Assembly (NCBI GenBank): GCA_024720975.1
Contig: JANJXX010000006.1
Span: forward strand, 1-59,002
Source: Thermoproteota archaeon
GTDB taxonomy: Archaea; Asgardarchaeota; Njordarchaeia; Njordarchaeales; Panguiarchaeaceae
Direction: 5' to 3'
Length of the DNA: 59,002 nucleotides
Part shown: one piece after another, positions 49,228-58,000 of the stretch
How the letters are laid out: every line of letters starts with the position of its first letter
Numbering within the stretch: the stretch's first letter is position 1
Notes under the pieces: model-generated
Told to the model about the DNA's origin: nothing
The model's database searches: none
What the model saw: the letters and a program-made list of their open reading frames with translations, nothing else
Made by a program: the position numbers and the translations under genes

Positions 49228-50950
49228 TATGTTATACGTAAGAAGGGCTAGGTGTCTTACTCTGTACCAGAGTCCAGAGATCAGAAGCTACCTAGAACAC
49301 ATAGAGAGGGAAACATCAATCTATGGAAAGATCAGTGACGCCACTGCCATAAAACTGGTGGATAGTCTAAGTACTATTAGCAGTGATCAAACTTTAGCTT
49401 CAGCTCTGAGGAAATTCTTCAATGTACTGTCAGGAAGTAAGAGTTGGGATTTTGCATTCTTCGTTCCATATACTATAGATAAGGGCTTAAATGATGCATG
49501 CGTCGCTAATATTGTTAGCGACAGCAAACAAATTCTCATTAGAGCATTTAATGAGGCTGCTAGAATACCGAGTCTTAACGCACAGAATTATGCTTACATG
49601 ACAGTAATTAAAGGTCTGTATTCGTGTGGATTAACCCGCATCGGTGATAATCTCTCTCGCTCGCTAACCAAAAATGTTAATGACATTTCTTCCTTAGAGC
49701 GCTATATGTATGTTGCTAGAGCTATAGCAGTGAAGGATTTTGATGAATCGGACAATGCGTTTATGCTAATTAAAGCGAAAATTAATCAAATCAGAGAAGA
49801 CCTTAGCAAGGCAGTTCTCCTGGTTAAGCTTGCACATCATATATCAAAGACACTTAATGACGCAGAAGGAAAAAGGATTGCCACTGAATGCCTAAGGGAA
49901 AGTCTAGAGATCAAGAACGGTTCAGCTATAGATCACGTAAAGTACCTGTCCTTAGCTCTACCTTATATATTCTCAGTGGATCTGACTCTTGGATCCAAAT
50001 TGCTTGATTCCCTGCTCTATTCAGTAATCTCCAGAAGAAATTGGGTTGAACACTGTAGGCAATTTCTAGAGAATTGTGATCTAGTCATTGATAGTGTTGA
50101 AAGAATTCTTAGGATTGAAAATTGGGTTCACCGCATTTACACAGAGAAACGAATATCTAAGGCGGATTATTACAGGCTTATAGCAGCAACAAGAGGTGTT
50201 ATTGTTTACTTGGACCCATTCTATGCATCTGCCATAATTACTTCAAATCATAGTCCTGTTGCTGGAGTTTCTACTCAGAGCGTTGAAGCTTCAGTTGATA
50301 TAATAAAGAGCCTAACTAGACTCAATATCTCCACAGCTTACGAACTATCTTCAACGTTAATGCGCGAGCTAATTGCCGAGAATAGACACTCAGAAGCCAT
50401 AGAGCTATGCGCCGAGCTGCAACAATACTTTCCTATGAAGACTCGAGAACAGTATGACTTTATCATACTCCCTTCCCTTAAGAAGCTCAATAGAAGCCAG
50501 ATAATTCAACTACTTCCAAGTCTATCATTATTAAACACAAGTAGTGTGGTAGACTTAATTAAAAACCTGTTGAGGAGCATAGAGAAAGTCTCTAATCCAC
50601 TGATACGAGCCCTTGAGGTAGCGAAGATAGCATCAGCAATACATAAAGGTCAGCCAACCTGGAGTAAGCAGCTTCTCTTGTATGCTGAGGAACTTGTGGA
50701 GGGATATGACTGGGAGAAAAAAGCAGATGTTATCGAGATTATCATTGAAACTCTTATAAAAATCGATGAACGAGTTGGTTTAAAGAAGTTCCAGAAATTG
50801 ATAAGTTCAATAGCTGAAACTAATCCCAAAGTAGCAACTCGTATTATCGAAAGACTAATGCCACACTTGAAGTATCATGAAACAAGAACGATAACAAAGC
50901 AACTCCTTCAATATGCTACAGAAAACAAGAAAAATGATGTTAAGGACTGA
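49217..50950 (+). CDS. Hypothetical all-alpha helical-repeat (TPR/HEAT-like) protein
   Basis: 577-aa ORF of amphipathic helices; start uncertain; stop codon supplied by the miniature element. Confidence 0.7.
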   Translation: MFNIMLYVRRARCLTLYQSPEIRSYLEHIERETSIYGKISDATAIKLVDSLSTISSDQTLASALRKFFNVLSGSKSWDFAFFVPYTIDKGLNDACVANIVSDSKQILIRAFNEAARIPSLNAQNYAYMTVIKGLYSCGLTRIGDNLSRSLTKNVNDISSLERYMYVARAIAVKDFDESDNAFMLIKAKINQIREDLSKAVLLVKLAHHISKTLNDAEGKRIATECLRESLEIKNGSAIDHVKYLSLALPYIFSVDLTLGSKLLDSLLYSVISRRNWVEHCRQFLENCDLVIDSVERILRIENWVHRIYTEKRISKADYYRLIAATRGVIVYLDPFYASAIITSNHSPVAGVSTQSVEASVDIIKSLTRLNISTAYELSSTLMRELIAENRHSEAIELCAELQQYFPMKTREQYDFIILPSLKKLNRSQIIQLLPSLSLLNTSSVVDLIKNLLRSIEKVSNPLIRALEVAKIASAIHKGQPTWSKQLLLYAEELVEGYDWEKKADVIEIIIETLIKIDERVGLKKFQKLISSIAETNPKVATRIIERLMPHLKYHETRTITKQLLQYATENKKNDVKD

Positions 50951-50985
50951 CCTCCTCCCCGTCCTAAAGTGCGGGGCTTTCGGTT
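50947..50985 (-). mobile_element. 39-bp single-hairpin IS200/IS605-type miniature element
   Basis: Minus strand reads TTAC|AACCGAAAGCCCCGCACTTTAGGACGGGGAGGAGGTCAG|. Best-preserved short copy. Confidence 0.8.
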
Positions 50986-50998
50986 GTAATCCCAAGCT

Positions 50999-51655
50999 TC
51001 AGGGGAATTCTAGGACTAGAATCTTTGTCTCCTCTGGTAATTTATCGGGTATATCCCAAGTATTGCTTCCTGCTCTTATGATCTCGCCCTTCCATAATTT
51101 TATGAATTCATCAATCGTACTTAGCTTGCCGAAAACTCCCGGATTTAATTTTCTGTGTTTATAGTGCATTGGGACAGCAATCCTTGGATTAAGTTGTGCA
51201 ATTACATTCAGTGCTTCCTTGGGATTAATTGTGTACACACCACCCACTGGTATAAATAGGAAGTCTGGGCGACCAAAACTTAAGATCTCTTTAGCCTGCC
51301 CCTCTGTGAGAACGTGACCCAAATCCCCAAGGTGTACAAATACTTTGCCGCCATATTTTACGACATAAATTACATTCTTTCCTCTTAAACTACCACCTCT
51401 TGGATCGTGGGCCACTTCTACGCCTTTAATTACCGCGGATCCAATAGTTCTTTCACCCTTTGCACCTATAAGACAGCTCTTTGCCACACTACAATTGTTA
51501 TGGTCAAAGTGATCATGAGAGCATAAAGCTAGGTCGGCATGAACTTTGAGCTCAATTTCACCTGTGCCACTTCCATATGGGTCAAAAATTATAGACTTGG
51601 GCTCCTCTGTTCCCTGAATTTCGAAGCAAGCATGTCCATGATATAGCAGCTTCAT
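50999..51655 (-). CDS. Metallo-beta-lactamase-fold hydrolase (Lactamase_B_3 type)
   Basis: GHACF, DPY, SHDHFDH, HLGDLGH, IPVGG and VPMHY motifs. Confidence 0.92.
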   Translation of the reverse strand: MKLLYHGHACFEIQGTEEPKSIIFDPYGSGTGEIELKVHADLALCSHDHFDHNNCSVAKSCLIGAKGERTIGSAVIKGVEVAHDPRGGSLRGKNVIYVVKYGGKVFVHLGDLGHVLTEGQAKEILSFGRPDFLFIPVGGVYTINPKEALNVIAQLNPRIAVPMHYKHRKLNPGVFGKLSTIDEFIKLWKGEIIRAGSNTWDIPDKLPEETKILVLEFP

Positions 51656-51755
51656 AGAAAATCACCAATATGCTAGCAAGAAGAATAAAAATAGACTTTA
51701 AATACAGAAGCTCTGATTACCAAAAGTGTCAAAGTCACAAAGAAAAAAGACTGAG

Positions 51756-51905
51756 CTATAGAGTTGCCCTTTCAAATACAATAAGAGCCATACTCACAAA
51801 CAAAATCATCAACATTATAAGCGCTATTAGGTCCACTAGGACACCCATTACTGACATACCAAGCGCAAGACCCCTAACAAGATCTACACCATAAGTTAGT
51901 GGACT
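51756..51905 (-). pseudogene. C-terminal remnant of an ABC-2 type permease
   Basis: Minus strand reads SPLTYGVDLVRGLALGMSVMGVLVDLIALIMLMILFVSMALIVFERATL*, the typical (N/S)PLTYGVD end of ABC-2 permeases. The 5' part is replaced by the IS. Confidence 0.8.
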
Positions 51906-51976
51906 GTGTCTTCCGTAAAAGTTTTTAAGCTGTTTTAGCTACTATAGATACTTGGAATCAAGAGAGGTACTAGGTG

Positions 51977-52132
51977 GTGTCCGAGAAGCTCTATAGAACT
52001 AGTGAGGTTGCCGAGTTACTGAGCATTAGTGTTTCTACTGTTAAAAAGTGGATAAAGCAGGGTAGACTGCACGCTCTCAGAGTCGGGAAGCTGTGGATGA
52101 TCCCGGAGAGCGAAGTCAGGAGAACACCATAG
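51977..52132 (+). pseudogene. tnpA: HTH-only remnant of IS607 serine-recombinase TnpA (51 aa)
   Basis: MSEKLYRTSEVAELLSISVSTVKKWIKQGRLHALRVGKLWMIPESEVRRTP*; no YARVS catalytic domain; below the ORF-track cutoff. Confidence 0.8.
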
Positions 52133-52138
52133 AAGGGG

Positions 52139-53452
52139 TTGTTGGGAACGGTCACCAAAACTATTCAGAAGACGCTGAAGATTAAGCTTGTACCAGTCTC
52201 CAAGAGAGATAAGGTTCTTGTACATTGCCTGCTAAGCGATTACACAAACCTTCTCACGGATGCTTTGAACATAGTAGTTAAAAACGATGTGAGGAGCAGG
52301 AAGAAGGCTCACGAGTTCTGCTATAGGTATCTCAGAGAAAGGTATCCGCATCTCCACAACAAATACGTTGAAGAAGCATACAAGAGGGCTCTCTCAGTAT
52401 ACAGAAGCTACAGGAGGCTTCTCAGAAAGTGGATGAAGCACAAGCGAGGGAACCCGCCTTCACCACCAAGCGTTGATGTGAACAGAGTGGTTGATCTACA
52501 CATCGATACGTTCAGAATCGAGGAAGAAAACATCTTCAAAATCCTCAGGTTGTCCATTGGTGGTGGCGAGTATGCTAAGTTTATCATGCTGGTTTACGAC
52601 CATGCGTTGAGAGAGCTCAGTAATGCTAAAGTCTCTAACTCGAAGATCATCGTAGATAGAGATGCCCTATACCTTCTCCTAACCATTAGAAAGAATGTTG
52701 AGGTGTTTGAGCACAGGAATAAGCTGGTGATTGATATCAACGAGGATAGCGTAGCATGCCTCCTCGTAGACTATGAGAAAAGTAGAGCTGTGCTCTTCAC
52801 GATAAGCTACAAGATAAGCAGGTTACGAATGAACTACAGGAGGATTCGAAGATCTATTCAGAGAAAAGTGGACAACATCTACGAGAGGAACAAGTTGCTG
52901 GAGAAGTACGGTGCTAGAGAGAGGAACAGAGTTGAGGATATAGTGAAGAAGGTTACAACTGTTATAGCTGAAATCGCTAGAATGCACAAAGCGGATATTG
53001 TTAGAGAGAACCTGGAGAACATGAAGATGAACAGTAGGAAAAGTAGTAGAAAGCTAAACTACAGGCTTCAAACACTTCCATATAGAAAGATGATATTCAA
53101 CCTAGAGTACAAAGCGTACGAGAGAGGCTTTAACGTCGTTGAAGTTGATGCTAAGAAAACCTCTATAACGTGCCCATCCTGCTGGTACGTGGACAAGGAG
53201 AACAGAAGCGACGACAGATTCAAGTGCAAGAAATGCGGATTCGAGTTTAACTCACACTATGTAGCTTGCCTAAACCTCTTCTCCCGCCTCAATGACGGCG
53301 TGGTAGCCATCAGAGGCGGGAGAATATATGCATACCTCGAGGCGGGCTCAGTGGTGCCCGTCGATGTAGCTCCCGATGACCCTGCGATAGGTGAGCAGGT
53401 GACGAGGGAGAAGCCCGTGTTGACAATACCCAAGATAATCAAAAACACCTGA
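52139..53452 (+). CDS. tnpB: TnpB RNA-guided endonuclease family protein
   Basis: RuvC-I VIDINE, RuvC-II VRENL, LEYKA, TSITCPSC..FKCKKCG zinc finger; RuvC-III reads NSHYVACLNL. Confidence 0.93.
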   Translation: MLGTVTKTIQKTLKIKLVPVSKRDKVLVHCLLSDYTNLLTDALNIVVKNDVRSRKKAHEFCYRYLRERYPHLHNKYVEEAYKRALSVYRSYRRLLRKWMKHKRGNPPSPPSVDVNRVVDLHIDTFRIEEENIFKILRLSIGGGEYAKFIMLVYDHALRELSNAKVSNSKIIVDRDALYLLLTIRKNVEVFEHRNKLVIDINEDSVACLLVDYEKSRAVLFTISYKISRLRMNYRRIRRSIQRKVDNIYERNKLLEKYGARERNRVEDIVKKVTTVIAEIARMHKADIVRENLENMKMNSRKSSRKLNYRLQTLPYRKMIFNLEYKAYERGFNVVEVDAKKTSITCPSCWYVDKENRSDDRFKCKKCGFEFNSHYVACLNLFSRLNDGVVAIRGGRIYAYLEAGSVVPVDVAPDDPAIGEQVTREKPVLTIPKIIKNT

Positions 53453-53478
53453 ACAAACCCAAATAAGCAACACGGGCA
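53279..53478 (+). ncRNA. Predicted omegaRNA scaffold overlapping the tnpB 3' end
   Basis: Perfect 12-bp stem TTCTCCCGCCTC/GAGGCGGGAGAA (53279-53324); CGGGCT/AGCCCG and CTCCC/GGGAG stems; TGCCCGT (53355-53361) complementary to terminal ACGGGCA (53472-53478). Confidence 0.7.
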
Positions 53479-54166
53479 ACCACTTTAACTCATCGGGTGT
53501 GCCAATAGCAATTATTTTGCCGAAGTCAATAATCGCTATTCTATCGCACAGAGCATCGGCCTCCTCCAAATAGTGAGTCGTGAGAAGAATCGTTACATCC
53601 TTTTCCTTTTTTATCCTGCGTATAAACTCCCACGTATAAGCCCTGGTGTGGGGATCAAGACCGAGTGTTGGCTCATCTAGGAAGAGTATTTCTGGCTCAT
53701 TAAGCAAACTCCTAGCTATCTCTAGTCTTCTAATCATTCCACCGCTGTATTTCCTCACAGGAACATCTTTCCACTTCTCAAGTCCCATGAATTTCAATGC
53801 ATCAAAAATCCTCTCCTTAAGAACACCACCTGCCAGTCCATATAGCTTTCCATAAACCCAGAGATTCTCGTACCCAGTCAAATTTCTATCCACTGTGACA
53901 TCTTGAAAAACGATGCCAATTTTCTCTCTGACAGCCTTTGACTCCCTTATTACATCATATCCTCCCACGAGAGCTGTCCCCTCAGTAGGCTTTAGAATAG
54001 TAGCTAACATATGTATTGTAGTGGTTTTGCCAGCACCATTAGGACCAAGCAAACCAAAGATTTCACCCTGTGCTATCTCTATATTTATGTGATCAACTGC
54101 CACAAGATTACCAAACCTCTTAGTCAAATTGAAGGTCTTTATTGCTGGTCCCACAACAATCACCAC
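53479..54166 (-). pseudogene. DrrA-like ABC exporter ATPase truncated by the IS
   Basis: GPNGAGKT, YSGGMIRR, LDEPTLGLD, TTHYLEEA, GTPDELK. The ORF then reads into IS sequence (track ORF 53348..54166). Confidence 0.85.
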
Positions 54167-54202
54167 TATCCAAACATTTTGAATGTTTATCTATTTATTT
54201 AA

Positions 54203-54224
54203 ATATATCAAAATGATATATCAT
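54203..54224. promoter_or_regulatory. Candidate PadR operator (overlapping inverted repeats)
   Basis: ATATATCA-AAA-TGATATAT (54203-54221) and palindrome ATGATATATCAT (54213-54224) between the divergent ABC ATPase and padR. Confidence 0.6.
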
Positions 54225-54237
54225 AGTGTAGTATACT

Positions 54238-54807
54238 TTGCCTTCACATGTGGTGGTAATGATGCATATTAAATGTGGATGCGGATGGGGACATGGATCA
54301 CATTTTCGCGGACCTTTATGGCGACATATCCCAATACCTCTTAGAGTCCTTGAAGTACTTATACTGAAAATGCTATCTGAGGCTCCGATGCACGGCTATG
54401 AAATCAAGAAAAAGTTAGATGAGATCGCAGGCGGTTTCTGGGACGTGTCTTTCTCTAGAATTTACCCACTATTAAGGAGAATGCTTCACCATGGACTGAT
54501 TAAGCGGGAAGTTTCTGAAAGGGGCAAGAAGACGCTCTTTACATACTCTCTAACTGAGAAAGGAAAAGAAATTCTAGAAGAAATGCTAGGAGAAATCGAT
54601 GAAGCTATACTCCTCTTAACTGAAAAGAGTAAGAAAAGCCCATTTGCAGTGCTCAAACTGGTGCCTCTCCTTAGCCCACTGGGCCTGGCTGTAATAAAAA
54701 TGTTGCCCGATGAAACACAAAAGGAGGTACTTCAAACTCTAAAAAATGCGCTAACGAGCCTCTTGAAAGTCATAGAAGAGCACCTAAAAGAAACTGAAAA
54801 GGCCTGA
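54238..54807 (+). CDS. PadR family transcriptional regulator
   Basis: LILKMLSEAPMHGYEI, IYPLLRRM...GLI, YSLTEKG. Start may be slightly downstream. Confidence 0.92.
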   Translation: MPSHVVVMMHIKCGCGWGHGSHFRGPLWRHIPIPLRVLEVLILKMLSEAPMHGYEIKKKLDEIAGGFWDVSFSRIYPLLRRMLHHGLIKREVSERGKKTLFTYSLTEKGKEILEEMLGEIDEAILLLTEKSKKSPFAVLKLVPLLSPLGLAVIKMLPDETQKEVLQTLKNALTSLLKVIEEHLKETEKA

Positions 54808-54828
54808 AGCAAAGCCCCAGCAATTTAT

Positions 54829-54866
54829 AACTGAAAGTCTCGCCCTTCGAGGTGGGAGGAGGTCCA
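54829..54866 (+). mobile_element. Short single-hairpin copy of the IS200/IS605-type miniature element
   Basis: TTAT|AACTGAAAGTCTCGCCCTTCGAGGTGGGAGGAGGTCCA, just downstream of padR. Confidence 0.75.
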
Positions 54867-55066
54867 ACCACAATTTAACTCTTTTTTAGATATCCGGCTC
54901 ATTTAGGCTTCGAATATCCAGTTAAGCCTGGATCTGTGGTATAAATTCAATTGTTTTATTCAATATATCACACCTAGAGATAAACTAGATTGTTATCAAA
55001 TGTTATCACAAGACCTTTTCTTAGCCAATTGATTTATATACAACAAACAGTAAGTCGGTGTGCTTT

Positions 55067-58000
55067 ATGTTGTATAGAAGAGCCCTATCCGTCTTAATCC
55101 TAGCAGCCCTTATCATTCAACCCATAGCATTAATCAACGAAATAATGGGATATTATTCCAACGCCCACAAAAAACCAGAAACTACAATAAAAGAGGTTGG
55201 AGACAGTATCTACATAATTAAGAGACTCCCAAATGAAATCATAACAGTTAAAATAGACAAAAAGCTCCTAAAAGCAGAACAAGCTGGCTCTACACATAGT
55301 CTCTGGTGGAACGAAAGCTGGGAGTATAGAGTCAATTTGACAATCACAGAACCTAACGTCATAGATCGAACCGACTGGCCTGTAGACGCCTATTTATCAT
55401 TCAATCCACCAGCTCAAAAATACTCCGTGAGACTTATTGAAGTACTAAGTAGCGAACCATATTTTCAAGAGGTACCCTATCAACTATGGAACATAACAAT
55501 GTATAACTCAACACACATATCATCAGCAACAATAACTTTCCTAACATCGATAGCTTACGGAGGAAGCAAGCAATTTCAAATATATTGGAGCACACTAGAA
55601 AAAGATCCGCCGAGCTATCCAAAACGAGTATCAGTCACTACAGCATCATCGCCAGAAGGAACTCAATATACAGTATCGTCCTCACAAGGGTGGTCCGTGA
55701 AAATCCCCCCGACTTTAGGAGGGAAAGTCAGCAACTTGACTTTAGCCTCTGGTGATACCATAGGCCACACTCACTTACACTTCGGAATATCAAGAAACCC
55801 CACACTGACGTATGAAGGATACCTTGGAACTGGCAATACAGATAGCGGATCCTACATGTGGCGTGGTATAGACGAATATCAGGATCCTTTAACCAACATC
55901 TACGCTGGCATAGTTTTTGTGACATACAAAGTCACAAACTTGGCACTAATTGATCAGAACCTAGGTGAGATAGCTAAAGTAAACTTCACATATAGGTTTT
56001 ATCCATGGGGCATAATTGTAGAGGAGAAAGTAGTGTGGCAAACAAGCGACGATGCAACCTACTTCGTTGGAGGCTGGGTATTCGACCAAAATAATGGAGC
56101 CGGACCAGCCTCAACGTTCGATAGAGTCGGAAGTGACACTGATATTTCTAGACTCCCTCCAGTGATTGAGTATCCAAGACTGACTGGATCCATCGCAGGT
56201 ACTTTTGGTAAGATTCTTGGTAATACATCAGGCCCTTGGTTGAGAGTTCACAGAGTGTATCTCACAGCAGGCTCTCATACAATAGCGGTGACCGGCACGC
56301 CAGATGATCCCGGGCTGATCGTATATGACCCAAATGGTGCCTATGTAACCAGTAGATCCGGAGTTGAAAATTCTGTTTCAGTAACCGTGAGTGTTACTAC
56401 GGCGGGATACTATTTCGTTGCAGTCTATTGTTATGATGAGGATGCTCCCTTAAATGGTATAATGGATTATACTCTATCTATCGATGGTGTTGTATACACG
56501 GTATCCTGGGTTTATGCCGCGAACAACTATGGAACAATACCCTATAGTGCAATTTCGGTCCGCGACTTACCCGTAACTAGTGAAGCTGTGGGTAAGGAAT
56601 ATACTGTTGATTTATCATGGAGTACAAGTGATAACCTGGACTTATACATCTGCAATCCCGATGGAAACATATCAGGGCTCTCAATAGGAACTACTATAGG
56701 GGAAAGAGTTATATTTACGCCGCCTAGTGCCGGCCACTATACGATACTAGTTAGTCGATACAGTGGGACTTCCACTTCAGTAGCATACACAGTGGATATA
56801 CTTGTCAAAGCAGGTCCAGAATATGAAGATGTTTCTGGTACTGCAACGGGGAGAAACCTAGCCTTCTTCCACTCAACCGAACCTAGAGGTATAGGCATAG
56901 ATATACTTAGTGAAGAACTTCCGGGAACTCCGGGATCCGTGAGCACAATATGGTATAATGAGGGAGATGATTCCGAGGAGGATTATATTTTCTGGGCGCG
57001 CAGATACACAGGATTGCAAGTATCTTTAGGTAGTTCCCTAAGGATCAGATACGCTATTATACTTTGGTCCCCTGCTGGAACTACAGATAGTGAAAGATTT
57101 GCTGATTTCTCCAGATTAGTTAAAATGGTTGAGAATCCTCTTCAACGCAGCCTTGGTAGTGTTGAAAGATACAAGATACTGGTAGCGGTTGAGGCGCTAG
57201 ATAAAGATGAAGCAGGCATACAAAATGTTAACATATCGTTCTATGACTCTTCTGGCATAAAAAGATACTCAAGACTGACGGGTGCGGATGGCAGAGCAAT
57301 TTTTGATGTCGAGAGGGTATTCTGGAATATAACAGCAGAATTTGCAAGTGGTGGATATACTTATAAGAGTTTCATTCAAGCCTACTATAATAACTCAGCA
57401 GAATATGGCTACACTGTTCATAGTACTTCAGAATCAATACACTTTAGTGAACTAGTCAAGTTTGTTATAAGGGCATTTACAAACGAAACCCCACCTAATA
57501 TACTTTCAGGAGGTTACATCTACCTAAATAGTAGCGCAGAGAAGAACGCTAAAAATATGGACATGGTGGTAGCCGGGTATACTGATGCTTATGGATATTT
57601 CCATGCATACATTCCTTATGGAAGTTGGTCGCTAAGATTCAACAGAACAGGCAACTGGGATCACACTATTCTGTACGTAGATGAAAGCCTACAAAACAAT
57701 ATCACACCAGTTGGGATCATTCATACACTAGATATTAATACTGGAGTTATATACTATTTGAGAGACTGGGACTTCCCGCAATTAGGAGTAACAACAGTTG
57801 CTGGGAAGCTTGAAGTAGTAACAACGCCGTCGCCTTTAGTTATTTATTGGAAGGATACATTTACAATCACGATTGGTCTCAAGAGATCAGATACAGATGA
57901 GTTAATTAATGGTACTATAAACTGGTGGATAATTGCTCCTGATGGTACCATATTAGATAGTGGCTCAGTTATATCCAATCGAAACTATGTATACATTGTA

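Larger units (their letters stand above)
51903..53478 (+). mobile_element. IS607-family-like element (truncated tnpA + tnpB), non-autonomous
   Basis: MerR-type HTH ORF followed by tnpB and a structured 3' end; both flanks are broken host genes. Ends approximate to a few bp. Confidence 0.85.

Noticed and set aside
50913-51164. 83-aa ORF across the 50947 hairpin
   Set aside because: It spans a gene end, the miniature element and the antisense of the MBL gene, so it is an artefact.
51670-51894. 74-aa plus-strand ORF
   Set aside because: The minus strand here is the recognisable ABC-2 permease remnant.
53348-53478. C-terminal tail of the track's 272-aa ABC ATPase
   Set aside because: Read-through into the antisense strand of the IS right end; not native sequence.
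35279-53478. Idea that the miniature elements are guides for the TnpB at 52139
   Set aside because: Their ends (TCAG, Y1-type hairpins) and interior do not resemble that element's scaffold (ACGGGCA end), so they appear to be different families.
889-56946. Numerous short ORFs antisense to or nested in long genes (e.g. 889-1122, 12953-13369, 17458-18081, 42725-43153, 55434-55622)
   Set aside because: Shadow ORFs overlapping well-supported genes, with no recognisable motifs.
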